Position numbers and translations under genes: made by a program. A model generated the notes under the pieces. It saw only the letters and a list, made by a program, of their open reading frames with translations, did no database searches and was not told the origin of the DNA. Shown here one piece after another: positions 55,938-64,000 of a stretch of 64,000 nucleotides of DNA (positions are counted from its first letter, which is position 1; the number at the start of each line of letters is the position of its first letter). This DNA comes from an uncultured bacterium (lineage in GTDB: Bacteria; Bdellovibrionota; Bacteriovoracia; Bacteriovoracales; CAZZBM01). The stretch lies in contig CAZZBM010000001.1 in the NCBI GenBank assembly GCA_964652255.1, positions 312,920-376,919 on the forward strand, read 5' to 3'.

Positions 55938-57970
55938 ATAATATAACCTTTTTCTTGTAGAAATTTTCTAAAATCTTCTTCAGTTAAAGATTGATATTTT
56001 AAAAACTGCATACTAAAACTTGCTCTACCTTTACTCAAAGATCTTAAATCTGTACTGAAACCAAAAAGTTTTTTTAAGGCAATTTCACAGTGAAGCACTT
56101 CATTAGATTCCTGCTGAACATCAATTTTTAAAACCCTTCCTTGTCTTGCAGCAATGTCTGACAAGATATCTCCAGCTGATTCTAAAGGAGTCTCAATAGT
56201 AACATTCATAATAGGCTCTAATAAGATTAAATGATCTCTTAAAAGAATAGTCCTTAAGATTTGATCAAAAATAGATTTCATTTCTACTTCTTGCAAGGGT
56301 TCTTGTGTAGAAAATTTTTTTACTTGAACTTTCAGACCTAAAAGAGGATAACCAGTAAAAATTCCTCCTTGGCAAAAAGAATAAAAAGATTGTTTTAAAA
56401 ATTCTTCTTCTGTTTCAATGATATTGTCTTCTGATTTTTCTATTTTAAGATCATAACTCACAAGAAAATTTTTTTGAAACACAGTAAAAAACTTTTCTTC
56501 TTTTTTTTCTAAAAGAGAAATTTTTAATCCTTCTCGATAAGAAACCTGAGGTTGACCTTGATTGATTCCAATTTTATACTCTCTTTTCATTTTTTCAGTG
56601 AGAATTTCTAGATGAAGCTCTCCCATCCCTGAAATAATCATTTGACCAGTTTCTTTATTCTTTTCATAAATAAAGGAAGGATCTTCTGTTTGAAGATTTT
56701 CTAAAACAGTTAATAACTCTTTTTCATCTTTTTGAGATTTTGGCTCAATCACAAGACTCATCACTGGCTTTGGAAATTGCATTAAATCAAAGGCACAAAA
56801 ATGCTGAACATGACAAAGAGTTTCTCCTGTTCTAGTATTTTTCAATCCAATAAAAGCAACAATATCTCCCGCTTGAGCTTCATTAATTTCTTCTCTTTTA
56901 TTGGCATGCATTTGAACAATTTTTAAAACTCTTTCCTTCTCTCCAGTAAAAACATTTAAAACCATCTCTCCTGTTTTAATAGTACCAGAATAAATTCTTA
57001 CATAAGTCATACGACCTAAAAAAGAATCAAACATCATTTTAAAAGCGTAAGCAGAAAAAGGGTCTTTCTTATTAGTAATAAATAAATCTTCTTCAGCCTT
57101 GGAAAAATCTAATTTTTTATTTTTAAAATAATAAATTTTTTTGGCAGGAGCTGTTTTTGGGGAAGGTAAAAAAGTTGTTAAATGATCTAAAAAAAATTGT
57201 ATTCCTTTGTTTTTTAACGCTGATCCACAACAAACTAAAACAAAGTGATTTTCATGAAAAGCTTTTAAAAAAGCTTTTAAAATTTCTTGCTTTTCTATAA
57301 ACTCTTCTTTTAAATATTTTTCTGCTAAAGAATCAGAAAAATCCAAAACAATATGAAGCATTTTATCATAAAAAGGATCATCAAAAGATTCTTCGTGAAT
57401 TTCTTTTCCTAACTGATCTTTAAAGTAAAAATTTTTTTCATAAAAAAAATCTTTAATTCCAACAAACTCTTCATTCTCATAGATAGGTTCCTGTAGTAAA
57501 AAAACTTTTTTCTGAAACTTCTTTTCCAAGTCAAGACATACTTGATGAAAATTTGCCCCTAATCGATCTAATTTATTAATAAAACAAATTTTTGGAAGTT
57601 GATATTTTTCAGATTGTCTCCACACTGTTTCAGTTTGAGGTTGAACTCCTCCTACTGAGCAAAGAACAACCACAGCACCATCTAAAACTCTCAAGGAACG
57701 TTCTACTTCTATGGTGAAATCTACATGCCCTGGAGTATCAATAAGATTTAAAACAAAATTATTCCAATGACACTGAGTAGAAGCAGAGGTAATAGTAATA
57801 CCTCTTTCCTGTTCTTGATCCATCCAGTCCATGGTTGCTGTCCCTTCATGAACTTCACCTAACTGATGAGTCTTACCTGTAAAAAAAAGAATTCTCTCTG
57901 AAAGAGTTGTTTTACCAGCATCAATATGAGCAATAATACCAAAGTTTCTAAGACGATCTAAATCATCCAT
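55934..57970 (-). CDS. fusA: Elongation factor G family GTPase with a divergent domain IV
   Basis: G-domain motifs: [56 protein letters not shown]. Domain III junction: ISGMGELHLEI. Domain V/C-terminus: LLEPIM, FGFSTDLRS, GRASFSMQF. The domain IV tip motifs were not found (see findings). Confidence 0.9.
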   Translation of the reverse strand: MDDLDRLRNFGIIAHIDAGKTTLSERILFFTGKTHQLGEVHEGTATMDWMDQEQERGITITSASTQCHWNNFVLNLIDTPGHVDFTIEVERSLRVLDGAVVVLCSVGGVQPQTETVWRQSEKYQLPKICFINKLDRLGANFHQVCLDLEKKFQKKVFLLQEPIYENEEFVGIKDFFYEKNFYFKDQLGKEIHEESFDDPFYDKMLHIVLDFSDSLAEKYLKEEFIEKQEILKAFLKAFHENHFVLVCCGSALKNKGIQFFLDHLTTFLPSPKTAPAKKIYYFKNKKLDFSKAEEDLFITNKKDPFSAYAFKMMFDSFLGRMTYVRIYSGTIKTGEMVLNVFTGEKERVLKIVQMHANKREEINEAQAGDIVAFIGLKNTRTGETLCHVQHFCAFDLMQFPKPVMSLVIEPKSQKDEKELLTVLENLQTEDPSFIYEKNKETGQMIISGMGELHLEILTEKMKREYKIGINQGQPQVSYREGLKISLLEKKEEKFFTVFQKNFLVSYDLKIEKSEDNIIETEEEFLKQSFYSFCQGGIFTGYPLLGLKVQVKKFSTQEPLQEVEMKSIFDQILRTILLRDHLILLEPIMNVTIETPLESAGDILSDIAARQGRVLKIDVQQESNEVLHCEIALKKLFGFSTDLRSLSKGRASFSMQFLKYQSLTEEDFRKFLQEKGYII

Positions 57971-57983
57971 GAAATTTTATCAA

Positions 57984-58457
57984 CTACCACTTCAAATGAG
58001 CAAAAGCTTTGTTAGATTCTGCCATTTTATAGACATCTTCTTTTTTCTTAAAAGCACCACCACGAGAATTTGCTGCTTCAAAAATTTCTTCTGCTAATTT
58101 CTCTTCCATGCTTTTTCCAGGTCTTAAACGAGCATAATCTCTAATCCAACGAATCGCTAAAGACTGTCTTCTAAAAGGACGTACCTCAGAAGGAACTTGA
58201 TAAGTTGCTCCACCAATACGACGAGATCGAACTTCTAAAGCTGGCTTGATTTGATTCATAGCACGCTTAAAAACCTCATAGCCCTCTTCACCAGGATTTC
58301 TCTCTTCAATAATTTTTAATGCTTTATAAAAAATTCCTTCAGCTTTAGCTTTTTTTCCATCATACATTAAAGCATTTACAAATTTTGTAATCATTTTATC
58401 ATTATAAACAGGATCAGGTAATACTTCTCTAATTTTTGCTTGATGTTTTCTACTCAT
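57984..58457 (-). CDS. rpsG: 30S ribosomal protein S7
   Basis: [19 protein letters not shown] ... [11 protein letters not shown] is the uS7 signature. Confidence 0.98.
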   Translation of the reverse strand: MSRKHQAKIREVLPDPVYNDKMITKFVNALMYDGKKAKAEGIFYKALKIIEERNPGEEGYEVFKRAMNQIKPALEVRSRRIGGATYQVPSEVRPFRRQSLAIRWIRDYARLRPGKSMEEKLAEEIFEAANSRGGAFKKKEDVYKMAESNKAFAHLKW

Positions 58458-58460
58458 ATT

Positions 58461-58841
58461 TTATCCCTTAGTCTTTGGTTTTTTCGCCCCATACTTAGAA
58501 CGACCCTGTCTTCTCTTTTCAACACCTGAAGTATCTAAAGCTCCACGTACAGTATGATATCTTACCCCTGGTAAGTCTTTAACTCTTCCACCTCTGATTA
58601 AAATCACAGAGTGCTCTTGCAAATTATGTCCCTCTCCACCAATATAAGAAGTCACTTCAAATCCAGAAGTTAACTTAACCCTACAAACCTTTCTCATAGC
58701 TGAATTGGGTTTTTTTGGAGTTGTTGTATAAACTCTTACACAAGTTCCTCTTCTTTGAGGAGAAGATTTTAAAGCTGGTGCTTTTGTTTTATTTGTTTTG
58801 TCTTCACGACCTTTTCTTACTAACTGATTAATTGTTGGCAT
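58461..58841 (-). CDS. rpsL: 30S ribosomal protein S12
   Basis: [12 protein letters not shown] ... [15 protein letters not shown] is the uS12 signature. Confidence 0.99.
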   Translation of the reverse strand: MPTINQLVRKGREDKTNKTKAPALKSSPQRRGTCVRVYTTTPKKPNSAMRKVCRVKLTSGFEVTSYIGGEGHNLQEHSVILIRGGRVKDLPGVRYHTVRGALDTSGVEKRRQGRSKYGAKKPKTKG

Positions 58842-58865
58842 AACTTTTCATGTCCTTATCATAAT

Positions 58866-61800
58866 TTAAATTAAAAAGGAAGAATAATCTTTTTCTTCCG
58901 ACCTGGCTTCATAGTCACTATAAAGGTTAGCTCCCGTTCCTCCAGGAATTAAACGACCCATAATAACATTCTCTTTTAGTCCCTTCAGTTCATCTACCTT
59001 ACCTTCAAGAATAGCTTGCGTTAGTACCTTTGTTGTTTCTTGAAAAGAAGCTGCTGAAATAAAAGACTCTGTAGCTAAAGAAGCTCTTGTAATTCCTAAA
59101 AGAATAGTCTTAGCTTGAATTGGTTTTTGCTTCTTAGCCAAGAGTTCTTTATTTAAAAGTCTTAATTCTTGCTTAGAAATTTGCTCTCCTGCAATTAAAA
59201 GAGAATCTCCTGGATCAACGATTTCTGCTTTCTTAATCATTTGAGAAACAATCACTTCAATATGCTTGTCATTAATCTGCACACCTTGAAGACGATAAAT
59301 TTCTTGAATCTCATCAACAATATAACGAGCTAAAGCCTTTTCTCCTAAAACTTGTAAAATATCATGAGGGTTTGTTGCTCCGTCCATAATCTGATCCCCT
59401 GGACGTACATAATCGCCTTCATTAACAATAACGTAACGACCCTTTGGAATAGTGTATTGAACAGCCTCACCTTCTTCAGGACGAATAATAATTTTTCTCA
59501 CACCCCTAAGCTCTGGTCCATATTCAACAGTTCCAGCAATCTCAGCAATTTGAGCTGATAAAGCTGGTTTTCTTGCTTCAAACAACTCAGCAACCCTAGG
59601 TAGCCCCCCTGTAATATCTTTTGTTTTCGTAGATTCTCTTTGAACTTTCGCAATAATAGAACCACCTTCAATTTGATCACCCGGACTTACCGTAATTAAT
59701 GAACCTACAGGCAATCTATACAGAGCCTCCCTTTTTGTTCCTGGAATTTTTACTATTTTTCCCTGCTCATCTACAATCTTAATCATAGGCTTTTTTGAAA
59801 GATCTTCTTTCATTTTAGCTTCTATGACCATTCTATGAGTTAGTCCTGTTACAGCATCCACTTGCTCAATAATTGTTTTACCTACTTCAATATCTTCAAA
59901 CTCAATTTTTCCTGAAACATCTGTAAGAACAGGCATAGCAAAAGGATCCCATTCTAAAATTTTTTCCCCAACCGTGACCCTCTCTTCTTCTTTAAAAAAG
60001 ATTTTTGATCCATAAACAGCAGGAATTTTTTCTTTAATGATACCCTCAGGTGATTTAATATGGATCTCACCCGTTTTATTCATCACAACCTTTGTACCAT
60101 CTTTTTGTTCATAAACTTTTAAATCAACATAATGAACTTGACCAGCTGTTCTTGCTTCTATTTTGTTAACCTGAGCTCCTGCTGTTGCAGTCCCTCCTAC
60201 GTGAAAAGTTCTCATGGTTAACTGAGTTCCAGGCTCACCAATAGACTGTGCTGCAATGATTCCAACAGCTTCACCTTTCATAACAAGATCCCCTCTTGAA
60301 AGATCTCGTCCAAAACAATGAGAACAAAAACCAAAATTTGCTTGGCAAGTTAAAACAGACCTAACTTCAACCTGGTCTATGTTTTTTTCTTTAATAAGAA
60401 CTATATCTTTTTCTGTAAATAAATGATTTTTTTCAAAAATGATTTCATTTTTTTGTTTAATTTCTTTTAAAGCTACCCTTCCCAACACTCTGTGAGCTAC
60501 ATGTTCAACAATTTCACCACTTTCAATTCTAGAGTTTAAAACAATACCCTCTTCTGTTAAACAATCATCTATAGTAATTAGAGCATCTTGAGCAACATCA
60601 ACTAATCTCCTTGTTAAGTATCCTGAGTTGGCAGTCTTTAAAGCCGTATCAGCCAAACCTTTTCTAGCACCATGAGTTGAAGAAAAATATTCTAAAACAG
60701 AAAGACCTTCTCTAAAATTAGAAGTAATAGGAGTTTCAATAATTTCACCCGAAGGTTTTGCCATCAATCCCCTCATCCCAGCTAATTGTCTTAACTGTGC
60801 ATTAGAACCTCTTGCTCCAGAATCAGCCATCATAAAAATAGGATTAAAAGAAGAGTCAACAATTTCTTCCTTTCCAGAAGTAAATTTTTGCTTAGATAAA
60901 CCCTCTATCATCACCTTAGAAAGTCGTTCATTGGTTTGTGCCCAAACATCAATAATTTTATTATAACGCTCACCCGTGGTAATAGAACCTTCATTATATT
61001 CTTCTTGAATAGAAGTAATTTCTTTTTTTGCTTGATCAATAATTTTTCTTTTCTCTTGAGGAACGATCATATCTTTAACATTAATAGAAATTCCTGCTTT
61101 CATAGCGTAATAAAAACCTAAGTTCTTAATAGCATCAGCTAATAAAACTGTTTCTTTTTCTGAACCTAAACGATAAGCTTTGTCTAAAAGCCTTTCTAAT
61201 TCTTTTTTATTTAAAACTTTATTAATATCACTATAATTTAAATAATCAGGCAAAGATTGATAAACAAAAGTTCTTCCAACGCTTGTTGTTTCCATTTGAT
61301 TCTTTACTCGAACTTTTATAATAGCTTGAAGATCAAGTTTATCTGAATAATAAGCAAATTGAGCTTCCTCAATAGAAGAAAAAACAAGTCCATGACCCTT
61401 AGCAAAAGGTCTGAGTCTTGTCATATAGTACATTCCTAAAACAATATCTTGAGAAGGAACAATAATAGGCAATCCATCCTTTGGAGATAAAATATTATTA
61501 GTCGACATAATCAAAATTCTTGCTTCTACCTGAGATTCAATAGAAAGAGGAACATGCACAGCCATTTGATCTCCATCAAAATCAGCATTAAAAGCAGAAC
61601 AAACAAGAGGATGGAGTCTAATAGCTTTACCTTCAATTAAAATAGGTTCAAAAGCTTGAATCCCTAAACGGTGAAGTGTAGGTGCTCTGTTTAATAACAC
61701 CGGATGCTCTGTGACGACTTCTTCTAAAACATCCCAAACTTCTTGGACTTGATCTTCAACCATCTTTTTTGCCATTCTAATAGTTGTACAGTGTCCTTTA

Positions 61801-62969
61801 TCAATAAGACGATTATAAACAAAAGGCTTGAATAATTCTAAAGCCATAGTCTTTGGTAAACCACACTGATGTAGTTTTAAATCAGGACCCACCACAACCA
61901 CAGAACGACCTGAGTAATCCACTCTTTTTCCCAAAAGGTTTTGTCTAAAACGACCATACTTACCCTTTAGTAAATCTGCCAAAGATTTTAATGGTCTTTT
62001 ATTGGTACCAGTAAAAACTTTTCCTCTTCGTCCATTGTCAAATAAAGCATCGACCGCTTCTTGCAACATTCTTTTTTCATTTCTTAGAATAATTTCAGGA
62101 GCGTTAAGCTCAATTAATCTTTTTAATCTATTATTTCTGTTGATAACTCTTCTATAAAGATCATTCAAATCTGAAGTTGCAAAACGACCTGCTTCAAGCG
62201 GAACAAGCGGTCTTAATTCTGGAGGCAACACAGGAATAATTTCTAACATAAACCATTCAGGTCTATTTTGAGATTTTAATAAAGACTCTACAACCTTTAA
62301 TCTTTTTAAGATCTTTGTTTTAGCCACTTCAGTTGTAACTTTTTCTAAATCTCTTCTTAGTTCTTTGTTTAAAGTATTAAGATCAAGCTGGGCAAGAAGA
62401 TCTCGAATTACCTGACCACCAATACCCGCCTTAAAAGAAACTCCTTGCTGTTTTAGTTCTAATAATCTCTGTTCTGAAATGACTGAGCCAACTTTTAATA
62501 ATTGAGCTTTTTTACCTTCTTCAATTTCAGTAATAATATAAGCTTCATTATATAAAACTCTTTCTAAATCTTTTAATGTTAAATCCAGCAAAGCTCCAAT
62601 TCTTGAAGGAAGAGATCTTAAAAACCAAATGTGAGCTACTGGAGTTGCTAACTCAATATGACCCATTCTTTCACGACGAACTCTTGAAACAGTGACCTCT
62701 ACACCACATTTTTCACAAATCACACCTCTGTGTTTCATTCTTTTATATTTTCCACAAAGACATTCGTAATCTTTTTCTGGACCAAAAATTTTAGCACAAA
62801 AAAGACCATCTCTTTCTGGTCGATAAGTTCTGTAATTAATAGTCTCAGGCTTTTTTACTTCACCATAAGATTTTTCACGAATACTTTTTGGTGAAGCCAT
62901 CTTAATAGAAATTCTTTTTATATTAGATGGATCCTTTGGCTTATCAAAAAAATTTAACAAATCCTTCAT
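58866..62969 (-). CDS. rpoC: DNA-directed RNA polymerase subunit beta'
   Basis: Zinc motif ([23 protein letters not shown]), catalytic [12 protein letters not shown] and a C-terminal trigger-loop region. 1367 aa. Confidence 0.99.
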   Translation of the reverse strand: MKDLLNFFDKPKDPSNIKRISIKMASPKSIREKSYGEVKKPETINYRTYRPERDGLFCAKIFGPEKDYECLCGKYKRMKHRGVICEKCGVEVTVSRVRRERMGHIELATPVAHIWFLRSLPSRIGALLDLTLKDLERVLYNEAYIITEIEEGKKAQLLKVGSVISEQRLLELKQQGVSFKAGIGGQVIRDLLAQLDLNTLNKELRRDLEKVTTEVAKTKILKRLKVVESLLKSQNRPEWFMLEIIPVLPPELRPLVPLEAGRFATSDLNDLYRRVINRNNRLKRLIELNAPEIILRNEKRMLQEAVDALFDNGRRGKVFTGTNKRPLKSLADLLKGKYGRFRQNLLGKRVDYSGRSVVVVGPDLKLHQCGLPKTMALELFKPFVYNRLIDKGHCTTIRMAKKMVEDQVQEVWDVLEEVVTEHPVLLNRAPTLHRLGIQAFEPILIEGKAIRLHPLVCSAFNADFDGDQMAVHVPLSIESQVEARILIMSTNNILSPKDGLPIIVPSQDIVLGMYYMTRLRPFAKGHGLVFSSIEEAQFAYYSDKLDLQAIIKVRVKNQMETTSVGRTFVYQSLPDYLNYSDINKVLNKKELERLLDKAYRLGSEKETVLLADAIKNLGFYYAMKAGISINVKDMIVPQEKRKIIDQAKKEITSIQEEYNEGSITTGERYNKIIDVWAQTNERLSKVMIEGLSKQKFTSGKEEIVDSSFNPIFMMADSGARGSNAQLRQLAGMRGLMAKPSGEIIETPITSNFREGLSVLEYFSSTHGARKGLADTALKTANSGYLTRRLVDVAQDALITIDDCLTEEGIVLNSRIESGEIVEHVAHRVLGRVALKEIKQKNEIIFEKNHLFTEKDIVLIKEKNIDQVEVRSVLTCQANFGFCSHCFGRDLSRGDLVMKGEAVGIIAAQSIGEPGTQLTMRTFHVGGTATAGAQVNKIEARTAGQVHYVDLKVYEQKDGTKVVMNKTGEIHIKSPEGIIKEKIPAVYGSKIFFKEEERVTVGEKILEWDPFAMPVLTDVSGKIEFEDIEVGKTIIEQVDAVTGLTHRMVIEAKMKEDLSKKPMIKIVDEQGKIVKIPGTKREALYRLPVGSLITVSPGDQIEGGSIIAKVQRESTKTKDITGGLPRVAELFEARKPALSAQIAEIAGTVEYGPELRGVRKIIIRPEEGEAVQYTIPKGRYVIVNEGDYVRPGDQIMDGATNPHDILQVLGEKALARYIVDEIQEIYRLQGVQINDKHIEVIVSQMIKKAEIVDPGDSLLIAGEQISKQELRLLNKELLAKKQKPIQAKTILLGITRASLATESFISAASFQETTKVLTQAILEGKVDELKGLKENVIMGRLIPGGTGANLYSDYEARSEEKDYSSFLI

Positions 62970-62978
62970 AATTTTCCT

Positions 62979-64000
62979 TTATTGTAGAGCTTGCTCATCT
63001 TCTTCTAAGTTAAAATCAATGGCTAACGCTTGGAGCTCTTTCACTAAAACATTAAATGATTCTGGAATTCCAGGCTCTAAAACATTTTCACCTTTTACAA
63101 TAGATTCATACATTCTATTACGTCCAACTGTATCATCTGATTTCACTGTTAAAAATTCTTGTAAGGTATAAGAAGCACCATAAGCTTCCAACGCCCAAAC
63201 TTCCATCTCTCCTAGTCTTTGTCCTCCAAACTGAGCTTTTCCTCCAAGAGGTTGCTGAGTAATAAGAGAATAAGGTCCAATAGAACGAGCATGAATTTTT
63301 TCATCCACCAAGTGATGCAACTTTAACATATACATAGAACCAACAGTAACATCTTCTGAAAAGATTTCTCCCGTACGTCCATCAAAGAGAAGGCTTTTAC
63401 CATTAGCAGGTAGCTCCGCTAATTCAAACATTCTTTCAATATCTTTTTCTTTAGCTCCACTAAAAGGAGTTGCTGAAAAACGAATACCTGTTTTTAGTTT
63501 ATCTGCTAATCGCATAACTTCTTCATTGGAAGCTTTCTTTAAAAATTCATCCACATCATGATCTTCATAAATAGCTGAAATAAAATTTTTAATTTCATGA
63601 ATTTTTTTCTCTTCTAAGAGCATAGCCTGTAGCTTATCTCCAAGACCCTTAGCAGCCCAACCTAAATGAAGTTCAAATAGTTGGCCTATATTCATCCTTG
63701 AAGGAACACCAAGAGGATTTAAAACAAAATCAACAGGAGTCCCGTCAGCCAAATAAGGCATATCTTCTACAGGAACCACTTTTGAAATCACACCCTTGTT
63801 TCCATGACGTCCTGCCATTTTATCTCCAGGCTGTAATTTTCTTTTCACAGCCACATAAACAACAACTTTCTTTAAAACACCCAAAGGCAATTCATGTCCT
63901 TGATGAAGTTTTTTAATGGCTTGATCAGTTTTTTGTGCAATTTCTTGCATTTTATTTTTAATTTCAGCATAATAAGCAACAAATTTTTCTTCATCTTTTT
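62979..64000 (-). CDS. rpoB: DNA-directed RNA polymerase subunit beta, C-terminal part (5' end lies outside the window)
   Basis: Conserved C-terminal rpoB motifs ([72 protein letters not shown]). The frame stays open to base 64000. Confidence 0.98.
   Translation of the reverse strand, partial: KDEEKFVAYYAEIKNKMQEIAQKTDQAIKKLHQGHELPLGVLKKVVVYVAVKRKLQPGDKMAGRHGNKGVISKVVPVEDMPYLADGTPVDFVLNPLGVPSRMNIGQLFELHLGWAAKGLGDKLQAMLLEEKKIHEIKNFISAIYEDHDVDEFLKKASNEEVMRLADKLKTGIRFSATPFSGAKEKDIERMFELAELPANGKSLLFDGRTGEIFSEDVTVGSMYMLKLHHLVDEKIHARSIGPYSLITQQPLGGKAQFGGQRLGEMEVWALEAYGASYTLQEFLTVKSDDTVGRNRMYESIVKGENVLEPGIPESFNVLVKELQALAIDFNLEEDEQALQ

Overview
This is a strongly AT-rich, very compact bacterial chromosomal segment (composition judged by eye, not computed). 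It uses the standard code: TGA terminates conserved genes, and many neighbouring genes overlap by 1-4 nt (ATGA/TAATG junctions). No rRNA, CRISPR array, transposase, integrase or phage gene was recognised, so the window is mostly core genome.

The right-hand 24 kb (40.3-64.0 kb, minus strand) is one continuous super-operon: rpoB (partial)-rpoC-rpsL-rpsG-fusA-[1.3 kb insertion]-tuf-S10-spc-alpha. It includes three small genes missing from the ORF track that I translated by hand: rpmJ, rpmD and a short rpmC.

The left 40 kb carries housekeeping genes:
- membrane pyrophosphatase, murJ, uvrC and rpiB
- an acyl-CoA dehydrogenase and a beta-carbonic anhydrase
- one initiator tRNA
- rluB-scpB-scpA
- trmB-dnaG-rpoD-SNF2
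- trkH-trkA-sensor-lepA
- pepA, mltD-like, lgt
- rplU-rpmA-obg-rsfS-rlmH

Envelope markers (Lgt, an MltD-like lytic transglycosylase, MurJ, two beta-barrel OMP-like proteins, lipobox proteins) indicate a diderm. I cannot assign a taxon from the sequence alone.

I found no clear novel multi-gene system. The items most worth a second look are:
1. The str-operon EF-G has a canonical GTPase core, but its conserved domain IV tip motifs appear to be missing.
2. An opposite-strand insertion splits fusA from tuf. It holds a lipoprotein-like ORF plus a decayed ORF with a frameshift at an A7 tract and an in-frame TGA.
3. Two small paralogous membrane proteins share an identical C-terminal NCSIDGE motif. 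One of them starts MGQCGCKQCKC.
4. A tightly coupled four-gene unit links an acyl-CoA dehydrogenase to three unknown proteins. Two of these are Cys-rich and secreted-looking, and one carries a (Pro-Thr)13 hexanucleotide repeat.
5. A HAMP/PAS-like sensor with no output domain is wedged between trkA and lepA.
6. A SWIM-SNF2 ATPase is translationally coupled to rpoD.
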